A stretch of 35,528 nucleotides of DNA. Origin: a virus (Duplodnaviria; Caudoviricetes). The notes under the pieces were generated by a model that worked only from the letters and a program-made list of their open reading frames with translations, was not told the DNA's origin and ran no database searches. Made by a program: the position numbers and the translations under genes. Shown piece after piece: positions 1-8,935 of this stretch (within the stretch, counting starts at the first letter, position 1; each line of letters starts with the position of its first letter). The DNA lies in the IMG/VR virus record IMGVR_UViG_3300044723_001885, positions 1 to 35,528 of that record; one strand, written 5' to 3'.

Positions 1-2
1 AA

Positions 3-1550
3 TATCTTAGCCAAACGGGTAGTGGCGCGGCTTCTGCGGCTCCTGCGTGGGATGAAATCAACCTTGGCACGGATACGGCTGGCGACTATATTGCTACGGG
101 CGCAGTTAGCGGTGTAGGTCTTTCTGGCTCTGCTTCTGGCGAGGGTTCTACCTTTACCGTTACCTCAAACGCTACAAACGCAAATACGGCAAGCACCATT
201 GTTGCTCGTGACGCTTCTGGGAACTTCTCTGCTGGCACAATCACAGCGGCTCTTAGTGGCAACGCAAGCACGGCTACTGCTTGGGCAACAGGACGCAGCA
301 TTACCCTTTCTGGTGACGTAAGTGGTACTGCCGCAGGTGTAGATGGCACAGGAAATGTGTCGATTACGACTACGATTGGCGCAAACTCTGTTGCGCTGGG
401 TACGGATACAACAGGTAACTATGTAGGCACAATTACCGCAGGAACTGGTATTAGCGGAACCGCTACAGGTGAAGGTTCTACGCCAACTATTTCTGTTGCA
501 TTAAACGGGCTTACAACTTCTACCAACGATGGTGATGGCGATTACTTTGTTGTTGTAAGTGACGGTGGGGGTCAGCGTAAGTTGACTAAAGGCAACATCA
601 ATATCTCTGGTTTCAATAATGATTCTGGGTTTACAACAAACGTAGGTGACATCACGGGCGTTACCGCTGGTACAAACCTTACAGGTGGCGGTACAAGCGG
701 AACTGTAACACTAAACATGGCTACGGGCGGGGTAGGTTCTGGAACTTACGGTTCAACCGCTGATGGTACTAAAATCGACACTATCACCGTTGACGCATAT
801 GGGCGTGTAACGGCTGTTGCTACTGGTGCAACTGGCGATATTCTTGGTGTAACGGCTGGCACGAACCTTACAGGCGGCGGTACTAGCGGCACTGTAACGC
901 TGAATATGGCCACAGGTGGTGTTGGCGCAGGAACTTACGGTTCAACTGCTGATAGTACTAAAATCGACACTATCACCGTTGACGCTTACGGGCGTGTAAC
1001 GGCGGTTGCTACTGGTGCAACTGGTGACATCACGGGTGTAACGGCTGGTAACGGCCTTACAGGTGGCGGTACATCAGGGACACCAACCCTAAATGTCGGT
1101 GCTGGTACGGGTGTTACTGTTGCGGCTGATACAGTTTCTATTGGTCAGGCCGTTGCTACATCTTCAGATGTTCAATTCAACAGCATTGGCGTGAATACGG
1201 CTGGCTCTGGCACGGCTGGTCAGATTCGCGCTACAGGCGATATTACTTCAAACTATTCGGATGCTCGATTGAAGAACATCGAAGGCAATATCCCCGATGC
1301 CTTGGCAAAAGTTAAGGCTCTTGGCGGTTATTACTTTACCGAGAATCAAACGGCGAAAGACTTGGGTTACGATAATGACGCCCAACAAGTTGGTGTTATT
1401 GCTCAAGAGGTTGAAGAAGTTCTCCCTGAAGCAGTTAAACCAGCCCCGATTGATGAGAAGTACCTGACTGTCCAGTACGAAAAGCTGGTTCCTCTTCTGA
1501 TTGAAGCGATCAAAGAGTTAGAGGCTCGTGTAGCAGAACTGGAGGCGTAA
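3..1550 (+). CDS. Tail fibre protein with C-terminal intramolecular chaperone (peptidase S74-like); 5' end lies outside the window
   Basis: The frame is open from base 3 (YLSQTGSGAAS...), so the GTG at 357 is internal. G/T-rich repeats, then SDARLK...GVIAQEVEEVLPEAV...V.YEKLVPLLIEAIKEL, typical of S74 chaperones. Confidence 0.85.
   Translation, partial: YLSQTGSGAASAAPAWDEINLGTDTAGDYIATGAVSGVGLSGSASGEGSTFTVTSNATNANTASTIVARDASGNFSAGTITAALSGNASTATAWATGRSITLSGDVSGTAAGVDGTGNVSITTTIGANSVALGTDTTGNYVGTITAGTGISGTATGEGSTPTISVALNGLTTSTNDGDGDYFVVVSDGGGQRKLTKGNINISGFNNDSGFTTNVGDITGVTAGTNLTGGGTSGTVTLNMATGGVGSGTYGSTADGTKIDTITVDAYGRVTAVATGATGDILGVTAGTNLTGGGTSGTVTLNMATGGVGAGTYGSTADSTKIDTITVDAYGRVTAVATGATGDITGVTAGNGLTGGGTSGTPTLNVGAGTGVTVAADTVSIGQAVATSSDVQFNSIGVNTAGSGTAGQIRATGDITSNYSDARLKNIEGNIPDALAKVKALGGYYFTENQTAKDLGYDNDAQQVGVIAQEVEEVLPEAVKPAPIDEKYLTVQYEKLVPLLIEAIKELEARVAELEA
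645..1094 (+). repeat. 189-bp (63-aa) tandem repeat in the tail fibre, about 2.4 copies
   Basis: Units start at 645, 834 and 1023 (GDI[T/L]GVTAG.NLTGGGTSGTVTLNMATGGVG.GTYGSTAD.TKIDTITVDAYGRVTAVATGAT); differences are mostly synonymous. Confidence 0.95.
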
Positions 1551-2387
1551 ATGTCGTTAGGCTTCGCCGCCATTGCAGAAACATCCATTGCTGATGACGA
1601 TTCCCTCGGCCTTGCCATTGGTGAGCCTAGTGGTGTTTCCGCTACTTCTGCACTTGGCTCCGTTACCGTTGTCCCCCAAGGTGTTTTCTCTGTTACAGGT
1701 GTAGAAGCAACTACGGCTGTAGGTACAGTAGAAGCTAACTCACAGTTCATCGCTGAAGTTACTGGTGAGGAGGCTGTTGCCAGCCTTGACGAAGACTATA
1801 TTGTTTCTGGTAGCGCACCTGTATCCGTTACGGGCGAAGAAGCTACTTCCGCGCTTGGCTCCGTTACTGTTGGTATTATTTCTAACGTCTTCCCGACAAG
1901 TGTTGAAGGCACCTCCTCGCTAGGTGACGAAATAGTTGTTGGTACAGCAAATGTTGCAGTAACAGGGGTCGAAGGTGCGTCTACATTAGGAACCGCGACT
2001 CCGATAGCGGGTGCTATTGTTGGTGTTACTGGTGAAGCAACCACCTCTGGCCTTGGCGAAGAATCTGTTGTTGGTACAGCAAATGTCTTCCCAACGGGTG
2101 TATCCGCAACCGTAAGTGCTGGTATTGTTACAATTATTGGAAATGCCAATTTTTCGGTTACTGGAGAAGAGGGTGCCTCTGCACTTGGTTCGGTCGTGCC
2201 TTTCGCAGGTGCAGGTGCAGATGTAACAGCGGTTACAGGTACTTCTGCTGTTGGAACAGTAACTTTAACAGCGTCTGCCGTAGTGGTACCAACAGGTGTT
2301 GAAGGAACAGGTCAAACAAAACGACCAGTGCTTTGGGGTAGGATCGTTCCAGACCCGGGTACAACGTGGTCTGAAGTTGCGGCATAA
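1551..2387 (+). CDS. Virion structural protein with VTGxE(A/G)TSxLGxV repeats
   Basis: ATG abuts the tail fibre stop, GGAGG upstream; degenerate ~19-20-aa repeats rich in V/G/T/S/A; lies in the tail module. Confidence 0.7.
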   Translation: MSLGFAAIAETSIADDDSLGLAIGEPSGVSATSALGSVTVVPQGVFSVTGVEATTAVGTVEANSQFIAEVTGEEAVASLDEDYIVSGSAPVSVTGEEATSALGSVTVGIISNVFPTSVEGTSSLGDEIVVGTANVAVTGVEGASTLGTATPIAGAIVGVTGEATTSGLGEESVVGTANVFPTGVSATVSAGIVTIIGNANFSVTGEEGASALGSVVPFAGAGADVTAVTGTSAVGTVTLTASAVVVPTGVEGTGQTKRPVLWGRIVPDPGTTWSEVAA

Positions 2388-2411
2388 ACGTAAATGTAGT
2401 AGGATATCGAC

Positions 2412-3275
2412 ATGGCAAGCACATATACAACAAACACTGGTATCGAAAAACCTGGAACTGGAGAACAGTCTGGTACATGGGGTACTACGGCTAACTTGAA
2501 TTTTGATATTATTGATCGTGCAGTTAATGGTGTTGGAGCTATTAGTTTATCAGGAACGACCCATACGCTAACAACTTCAGATGGTAGTTTATCTGACGGT
2601 ATGTATAAGGTTTTAGTGCTTGGCGGCTCTCCTTCTGGTACGAATACAATAACTATTGACCCTAACGATGCTCAAAAGTTTTATGTCGTTATTAACAGCT
2701 CTGGTGAGTCAGCAATATTCACTCAAGGCTCTGGTGGTAACGCTACAGTTGCTAATGGCGCGACTAAGTTAATTTATGCAGATGGAGCTGGGGCTGGCGC
2801 ACAAGTTGTTGATCTTAGCTCCACGCTTGTAGCTAATGCTCTTGGCACGTTAAATATCGTAGACGATACGACTCCGCAATTAGGGGGATCGCTTGATGTT
2901 AATGGACAGGCGATTGTTTCTGCCAGTAACGGAAATATTGTCGTCAACCCCAATGGAACTGGCACTATTGAACTTCAGGCTGAAACCAATGTAACTGGTG
3001 ACGTCCAAATAACAGGCACAACTACCGCTGTTGGAAACATCGTCCCCGATTCAGACGGTGCGAGAGACTTGGGTGCGGATGCAACTCGTTGGTTAAATGT
3101 TTATGCTGATAACTTTACATCTGGTGATTTAATACTGGACAATACTGACAGAGAATTTACAAATAATATAGACGGTACACAAGGTCGTTGGCGTATACAA
3201 GAAGGTTCAGACGACTTGTTTATCATTAACGAGGGAACGGGCAAACAGTACAGGTTTGCTTTAGAGGAGATTTAG
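2412..3275 (+). CDS. Tail fibre/tail-associated protein
   Basis: N-terminal MASTYT...GEQSGTWG..N.N is typical of podovirus tail proteins; C-terminal DLILDN...IDGTQGRWRIQEGSDDLFIIN..TGKQYRF resembles marine phage fibre ends. Confidence 0.7.
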   Translation: MASTYTTNTGIEKPGTGEQSGTWGTTANLNFDIIDRAVNGVGAISLSGTTHTLTTSDGSLSDGMYKVLVLGGSPSGTNTITIDPNDAQKFYVVINSSGESAIFTQGSGGNATVANGATKLIYADGAGAGAQVVDLSSTLVANALGTLNIVDDTTPQLGGSLDVNGQAIVSASNGNIVVNPNGTGTIELQAETNVTGDVQITGTTTAVGNIVPDSDGARDLGADATRWLNVYADNFTSGDLILDNTDREFTNNIDGTQGRWRIQEGSDDLFIINEGTGKQYRFALEEI

Positions 3276-3286
3276 GTTATAATTCG

Positions 3287-3892
3287 ATGAAACAAGTACA
3301 TATTGACCACTATATTGGTGTCTATGACAATGTTGTAGATGAAAACTATTGTAAGCAGGTGATTAGGAGATTTGAAGACATTGAGGATACATCTGGTTTT
3401 ACCCACCAAGACGGTAAAGAGCAGTTTCAAAACGGCTCACTTGGAAGACGGGACAACAGTTTATTCTTCTGTCAGGTGAGTAAGGATTTTGCAAAGGATA
3501 TTCAAGGAAAGGTTATTAATTGTTTAAATCAATATAAGCAGGATTATGTGGGGTTAGACGGGATGGGTCTTGCCTCGTTTACTTGTAAAGTACAAAGAAC
3601 AGGATCTTCTGGAGGTTATCATGTATGGCACTCAGAACATGCGGGTGATCCTGGCTCTATGAGAAGAGCCGCCGTATGGATTTTGTACCTTACAAGTCAT
3701 GAAGATTCTGGTGAAACAGAGTTTTTACAACAAGGAATAAGAGTAAAGCCACAAGCAGGTAGAGTTGTTATATGGCCAGCTAGTTTTACTCACCCTCATA
3801 GAGGTAATCCTGTTTATGACAGTGTAAAATATATTGCGACAGGCTGGTTTGAGCATTATTATGATATAGCAAGGGAAGTTGAAAATGGCTAG
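3287..3892 (+). CDS. 2OG-Fe(II) oxygenase (prolyl 4-hydroxylase-like)
   Basis: YHVWHSE (HxE), WILYL, GETEF, PQAGRVVIWPASFTHPHRG (distal His), KYIATGW. Confidence 0.85.
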   Translation: MKQVHIDHYIGVYDNVVDENYCKQVIRRFEDIEDTSGFTHQDGKEQFQNGSLGRRDNSLFFCQVSKDFAKDIQGKVINCLNQYKQDYVGLDGMGLASFTCKVQRTGSSGGYHVWHSEHAGDPGSMRRAAVWILYLTSHEDSGETEFLQQGIRVKPQAGRVVIWPASFTHPHRGNPVYDSVKYIATGWFEHYYDIAREVENG

Positions 3893-4262
3893 ATATGCAA
3901 TAGTAGAAAACGGTGTCTGTGTTAATATTGCTCAAGCAGAAGCAAATGAAGCACAAGACAACTTTGTTTTGTTGTCAGATGAAGATAATGTGGGGATTGG
4001 CTCTCCTTACAATGCTTCAACTAATACTTGGGGTGAAGTTAGTCAAAACATTTTAGCTGGAGTCAGTGATCAAAATATTGTTAACATGGCTAAACAAGAA
4101 TTAATTGACACAGACTGGACACAACTACCAGACGTTGGTTTAACAGAAGCAAATGTTTCAGAGTGGCGCACACACCGTGCCATTCTTAGAGAAATTAAAG
4201 ATGGAATTAAAGAGGTGGATCTTCATGAGTGGCCAGAAGCCCCAAGCAAGGAGTATGTGTAA
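3885..4262 (+). CDS. Tail fibre assembly chaperone-like protein
   Basis: MARYAIVENG.. N-terminus; L..TDWTQLPD...W..HR..LR..I...WPEAP C-terminus; start placed at ATG 3885. Confidence 0.7.
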   Translation: MARYAIVENGVCVNIAQAEANEAQDNFVLLSDEDNVGIGSPYNASTNTWGEVSQNILAGVSDQNIVNMAKQELIDTDWTQLPDVGLTEANVSEWRTHRAILREIKDGIKEVDLHEWPEAPSKEYV

Positions 4263-4867
4263 TGGCGTATATTATTGGAAATACAACGGTAATAGATAAT
4301 AATGCAGCTCTTGGTGCAATAGACGGTAACTCATTAAACATTGCAAACAACACTAACCTTCCGTCTGGTGGAGCTAGCACTTTATTTATAACCAGTACAT
4401 CTAACCAAGCTAATATTGGTTCAAACTATGCCTATTTAATAGGTCAAGGTGGCGGTGGTGGCGGTGGTCGTTCTGGCGATAGCCAAGCGTTTTATGGAGA
4501 CGGTGGGATGGGAGGCACTAGTTTTGCTATACCTAATGTATCCACTGGTGGAAACGCTACGTTTACCATAGGGGCTGGTGGGAATCCTGCGAATAATCAC
4601 CCTGCTAGTGGGAGTGCTGGTGGGAATACTACTTATACAGGAAATCAAACTCTTACAGTTGGCAGGGCTGGAAACGGTGGTACTTCTAGTCAAGGAAATA
4701 CTCAAACAAACCCAAGAGGCTATGACTCTTCTTTTGGTAACACTGGTGCCAATAGTGGCGGTATTTTCCAACCTGAATCAAATTACGGAGTAGGTGGAGA
4801 GGGAGGAAGACGAGTAGGACCATATGGAACAGCAGGAAGTTCAGGGGTTCTATTCGCTATAGGCTAA
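4262..4867 (+). CDS. Glycine-rich tail fibre/receptor-binding-like protein
   Basis: TAATG coupling at 4260-4264 gives MAYIIGNTTVIDN; GGGGGGG tract and TIGAGG...G.AGGNT motifs of glycine-rich virion domains. Confidence 0.65.
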   Translation: MAYIIGNTTVIDNNAALGAIDGNSLNIANNTNLPSGGASTLFITSTSNQANIGSNYAYLIGQGGGGGGGRSGDSQAFYGDGGMGGTSFAIPNVSTGGNATFTIGAGGNPANNHPASGSAGGNTTYTGNQTLTVGRAGNGGTSSQGNTQTNPRGYDSSFGNTGANSGGIFQPESNYGVGGEGGRRVGPYGTAGSSGVLFAIG

Positions 4868-5382
4868 TGAAAAAACCAATTCAAGCCCCTGGAATTGATC
4901 ACAGATTTGATGAACAGGGTTGGGTGGAACGCTTAGAGTTACCGCAAGAGGATGCTGTTAGGCGGTTAACGCCCACATTTAACTGGCTATTTGGGCACTG
5001 TAAAAACCTATTAGATACTAAGGTTTTTGACACAGTGGTAACCGATCCCTATAGAAATGGTGAAGATTTTCGAGCTTCTTGGGAAGAGGCTTTTCTTTTC
5101 CAAGGGTTTGACAATGGAAAAGCTGCTTTTCTGACTAGTAGTGTTATGTATCAAATAGACAGGCACGGTTTTGTTTCTACTGCTACTTTTCACTGGCCTG
5201 AAAAAAGAAACCCAGCCTTGGGAAACAATGAGATAATAGTAAGGCTTCAATACAAAGATCAAGAGTGTATTCCAGAAAACGACAAGTTTGGTAGAAAAGT
5301 AATACAGGGACTAACAAACCCTCGTGATTACTTGCCTAGTATAGTTATAAAACTTTTGGATGAGGACTTTGGTCAAAAATGA
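4867..5382 (+). CDS. Hypothetical protein
   Basis: Translationally coupled on both sides (TAATG, ATGA); no motif recognised. Confidence 0.6.
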   Translation: MKKPIQAPGIDHRFDEQGWVERLELPQEDAVRRLTPTFNWLFGHCKNLLDTKVFDTVVTDPYRNGEDFRASWEEAFLFQGFDNGKAAFLTSSVMYQIDRHGFVSTATFHWPEKRNPALGNNEIIVRLQYKDQECIPENDKFGRKVIQGLTNPRDYLPSIVIKLLDEDFGQK

Positions 5383-5942
5383 AACTATTTTCATTAGCAA
5401 AACATGAGTTTCCAAAAACCGTATCTATCTATAGAGGATTTTTGCCATCAAGATATTGTGAAGATATTATTCAAGCGTACAAGAAACTTAAAAAAATAGA
5501 TAACACAGGCGACAACCAAGACAACCTATTTAATACTGAAAGAACTGATTGGTTTGCTCATAACGACCCCGTTGTTAAAGACGTTGCAGGTCAAATATTT
5601 CTTGCATTTGGAAAGGGTTGTGTTTTTGATGAAATAGAGTCTAATAAAGCAGATCTGAACCTTACAAATAGTTGGATAGCTGAATCTAAAAGCGGTGCTT
5701 TTGTCGAACCGCATCACCACGGGCTTAATTTTTACAACTGTTCTTGGTCTTTTGTTTTTTACGCAAAAATACCTAATGGTATTTCTTCTCTTGTGTTTCA
5801 AGATAAAATCTGTGGTAAACATGAAATCTTAGTAAAAGAGGGCGATTTTCTTCTATTTCCTTCTGATTTTGTTCATTATACTGATGATACTTGCGAAGGT
5901 AGAACTATATACTCAGGAAACTTTAATCTGAGTTTGAGATAG
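5379..5942 (+). CDS. Putative 2OG-Fe(II) oxygenase (TIGR02466-like)
   Basis: SW....G....PHHH, SFVFY, EGDFLLFPS...H, RTIYSGN. Confidence 0.8.
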   Translation: MKLFSLAKHEFPKTVSIYRGFLPSRYCEDIIQAYKKLKKIDNTGDNQDNLFNTERTDWFAHNDPVVKDVAGQIFLAFGKGCVFDEIESNKADLNLTNSWIAESKSGAFVEPHHHGLNFYNCSWSFVFYAKIPNGISSLVFQDKICGKHEILVKEGDFLLFPSDFVHYTDDTCEGRTIYSGNFNLSLR

Positions 5943-5949
5943 GAGGAAG

Positions 5950-6483
5950 GTGTTGTCAGCAGTAGACTTATTCCCTATTAAGTGTTTTCACTTAAAAGTA
6001 GAGAACTATAAAGAAATACTAGATGAGGCTTTAACAAACAAAGAAAAAGTCAAAGAGGCTTGTGCTCAAAGCAGAGTTACAAACTCACCCAATCATTTCA
6101 CCGATTATAGTAACACCATTACTAATCACGCCTTTGAAAAACAGTTAAAGGAACGTCTTAAAATATTTTCTTTAGAAAACGAGTTTAGTATTGAGGTTCT
6201 TGAATACTGGACAGCGTTTTATGGGGAAGGTTCACAGCATGAACCGCATGTGCATACAAACGGTGTTTTTGATTCGTGCAACTACTCTGGAATATTGTAT
6301 TTATCAGATGTTGGGGGGACAACTTTTTTCCCACCCCACGGTATGACCAATGTACAAAAGACCCAGATATTTGGAAAAAACGGAGATGTGTTTCTTTTCC
6401 CATCTTCTTTGTTACATACGTTTTCCCAAATAGAACCAAAAGAAAGAGTTATAATTTCTTTTAACCTCTCACTGAAAAGTTAG
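5950..6483 (+). CDS. Putative 2OG-Fe(II) oxygenase (TIGR02466-like)
   Basis: AGGAGG RBS before GTG; W..Y..G..HEPHVH, SGILYL, GDVFLFPSSLLH, RVIISFN. Confidence 0.8.
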   Translation: MLSAVDLFPIKCFHLKVENYKEILDEALTNKEKVKEACAQSRVTNSPNHFTDYSNTITNHAFEKQLKERLKIFSLENEFSIEVLEYWTAFYGEGSQHEPHVHTNGVFDSCNYSGILYLSDVGGTTFFPPHGMTNVQKTQIFGKNGDVFLFPSSLLHTFSQIEPKERVIISFNLSLKS

Positions 6484-6513
6484 CCATATGGATGACCGTG
6501 TTGCAGTAGTCCT

Positions 6514-6542
6514 TTGATTTTTGCCCTAAACTACAGTATTAT
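6514..6542 (+). promoter_or_regulatory. Putative sigma70-type promoter
   Basis: TTGATT-N17-TATTAT in the gap before the 6568 gene. Confidence 0.45.
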
Positions 6543-6567
6543 GACGTAGGATAAAGGGGTCTTGTCT

Positions 6568-7086
6568 ATGCCACTAACAAAACTACAGTTCAGACCAGGT
6601 ATTAATCGTGAGTCAACCTCCTACTCTAACGAAGGTGGGTGGTTTGACTGTGATAAAATACGCTTTCGTTTTGGATACCCTGAAAAGATAGGCGGCTGGA
6701 CAAAGTATACGGAAGCAACGTATCTTGGTACACCGCGTTCTTTACACGCGTGGGCTACTTTAGCTTCAGATAAGTATCTTGGTGTTGGTACAAGCCAAAA
6801 ATACTATATAGAGTCTGGCGGTGCCTTAAATGACATTACTCCAGTAAGACTTACCGTAAGACGCCCGATTGAAGTCTCCGGTGTTTCAGGAGCTCTTGCT
6901 GTTGGCTCTGCTGTTGGAAGCACTGCGATTGCCCCAGAAATCACAGGCTTTGAATCTGCTGGAGAACTGGGCACATCAGGAACTCTGACGACTACGAACA
7001 TTCCAATAGAGGGCACAAGTTCCGTGGGTTCTGTAACAATTGAGACTGTTGATGGCTCTAATGTAGATGTTCCAGTGGGTGGATAA
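6568..7086 (+). CDS. N-terminal part of a P22 gp10-like head/tail stabilisation protein, plus a repeat-type extension
   Basis: MPLTKLQFRPGIN...W.DCDKIRFR.G.PEKIGGW...DITP is the characteristic start of this family; the residues after about 6856 resemble the repeats of ORF 1551-2387. Confidence 0.7.
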   Translation: MPLTKLQFRPGINRESTSYSNEGGWFDCDKIRFRFGYPEKIGGWTKYTEATYLGTPRSLHAWATLASDKYLGVGTSQKYYIESGGALNDITPVRLTVRRPIEVSGVSGALAVGSAVGSTAIAPEITGFESAGELGTSGTLTTTNIPIEGTSSVGSVTIETVDGSNVDVPVGG

Positions 7087-7088
7087 CA

Positions 7089-8642
7089 ATGTCTTTAATA
7101 ACTTTTGATACTACTTCCGCCAGTCCTGTAGTAACAGTCAACCATGTAGATCATGGTTCCGTTACTGGAAGCAGGGTCATATTTTCAAACATCACCTTTG
7201 GCGCAGGGCCAACTTACGACTCTCTGATTGCATTGTTGACCGGAGAGTTTGTCATAACAGTTCTAACTGCTAACGAATACACCGTAACGCTTTCCTCAAA
7301 TAGTGGCTTTGATCTAACGAATGCGGGGGAATGCGATGCTGACTATTTGCTTAACAAGGGTAGCACAACGCAACTTTTAGGCACTGGTTGGGGTGCAGAC
7401 GCTTGGGGTTCAGGTGGTTGGGGTGAGGCTGCAAGTGAAGCAATCAGTCTGGAAGAGGCTCTTCGTATTTGGCGGCAAGACAATTTTGGCGAAGACCTGA
7501 TACTACTGCCTCAAAATGGTCAACTGTATTACTGGGATAAAACAAACGGTCTTGACTCTAGGGCAATTCCGTTTGCAAGCAGGACTTCTGATGCTCCGAC
7601 ACAAAGCAAAAATGTGCTTGTTTCAGACAGAGACAGGCATGTACTTGTTTTTGGCACCACTCCTTTAGGTAGCACAGAACTTGATCCTCTTTTGATACGG
7701 TTTAGCAGTCAGGAAAATCCGTTTGATTGGACGCCTACCGCAACAAACACGGCAGGGGATCTACGAATTGGGTCAGGTTCTGAGATTGTCGCCGCTGTTG
7801 AGACAACACGCGAGATCGTTGTTATTACTGACACTAGCGTTCATTCATTGCAGTTCATAGGGCCTCCATTTACTTTTGGGTCTACGCAGATTTCTGGCAA
7901 CATAACAATCAGAAACTCAAACGCCGCGATTGCTAATAATGACTCTGTGTTCTGGATGGGGATAGACAGGTTTTATGTTTATGATGGTCGTGTACAGACT
8001 ATACCTTGTACAGTAAGGGATTATGTTTTCAATGATTTTGATGAAGATAATTCTGAAAAGGTTGTTGCTGGAGTAAACTCTGAATTTGGCGAAGTTATTT
8101 GGTTTTATCCGTCTTTATCTGGCGGCACTGGAGAAAACGATAGGTATGTTGTATATAACTACGAGGAAAAGGTTTGGTATTATGGCAACCTAGCCCGATC
8201 TGCTTGGCTTGATCGAGGCATTTATGAGTATCCGTTTGGGCTCACTGCCGAAAACAATTCAGTTGCTGCGTCTACCTTGTATAGTCATGAGGTTGGTTTT
8301 GACGCAGATAATCTTCCTCTTGAAGCCTACATAGATTCAAGCCCAATTGATATAGGTGACGGGGAAAAGTTTTTGTTAATTAGTCGATTTATCCCCGATA
8401 TTGATTTTTCAAAATCCACAAGTGGAGCAACAAAAGAAGCCGTATATACATTAAAGGGCCAAACATATCCTGGAACTGGTTTTACAATTAACGATGCGTT
8501 TACCGTAACAGACACCACCGAACAGAAGAACTCTAGGTTAAGAGCGCGGTCTTTTGGCTTGAAGGTTGAGACTACAGAATCAGGTGTGTCTTGGAGACTT
8601 GGGTCTAATCGTGTGGATTTGAAAACGGATGGTAGACGATGA
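7089..8642 (+). CDS. Main part of the P22 gp10-like stabilisation (tail nozzle) protein
   Basis: GWG...WG..GWG, W..DNFGEDLI, DRHV..FG, DPL.IRFS.QE, W.PTATNTAGD.R, EV.WFYPS, WRLG..R.D...DGRR. Confidence 0.75.
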   Translation: MSLITFDTTSASPVVTVNHVDHGSVTGSRVIFSNITFGAGPTYDSLIALLTGEFVITVLTANEYTVTLSSNSGFDLTNAGECDADYLLNKGSTTQLLGTGWGADAWGSGGWGEAASEAISLEEALRIWRQDNFGEDLILLPQNGQLYYWDKTNGLDSRAIPFASRTSDAPTQSKNVLVSDRDRHVLVFGTTPLGSTELDPLLIRFSSQENPFDWTPTATNTAGDLRIGSGSEIVAAVETTREIVVITDTSVHSLQFIGPPFTFGSTQISGNITIRNSNAAIANNDSVFWMGIDRFYVYDGRVQTIPCTVRDYVFNDFDEDNSEKVVAGVNSEFGEVIWFYPSLSGGTGENDRYVVYNYEEKVWYYGNLARSAWLDRGIYEYPFGLTAENNSVAASTLYSHEVGFDADNLPLEAYIDSSPIDIGDGEKFLLISRFIPDIDFSKSTSGATKEAVYTLKGQTYPGTGFTINDAFTVTDTTEQKNSRLRARSFGLKVETTESGVSWRLGSNRVDLKTDGRR

Positions 8643-8866
8643 GTAGACAACTTGTACCTCCCCAGTTTTCTGTTCCACCTGATCAGTACGATAGAGCGTA
8701 TTTTGATGACATGGTTCGTAGTTTATCTCTATTAGTGATCCAGTTGAACAATCCAGGGGAACTTCGAGGGACTACAATAACATTAACTGATCTTCCTACT
8801 TCTCCTACAGGTTTAGAAACTGGGGCGTTATATAACGATTCTGGGACAGTTAAGATTGTTACTTAA
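8639..8866 (+). CDS. Small virion-associated protein
   Basis: ATGA overlap; ends TDLPTSPTGLETGALYNDSGTVKI, a motif I recognise downstream of gp10-like genes. Confidence 0.6.
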   Translation: MSRQLVPPQFSVPPDQYDRAYFDDMVRSLSLLVIQLNNPGELRGTTITLTDLPTSPTGLETGALYNDSGTVKIVT

Positions 8867-8935
8867 GTAAAAATAGGATAGTATGAAGTAGTTTTATTGA
8901 GGTTCTGTGTCGACTACAACGTCATAGGTGTTTAA

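Noticed and set aside
645-1094. Tail-fibre repeats as a DGR template/variable pair
   Set aside because: The copies are in-frame and tandem, differences are mostly synonymous rather than adenine-specific, and there is no reverse transcriptase in the window.
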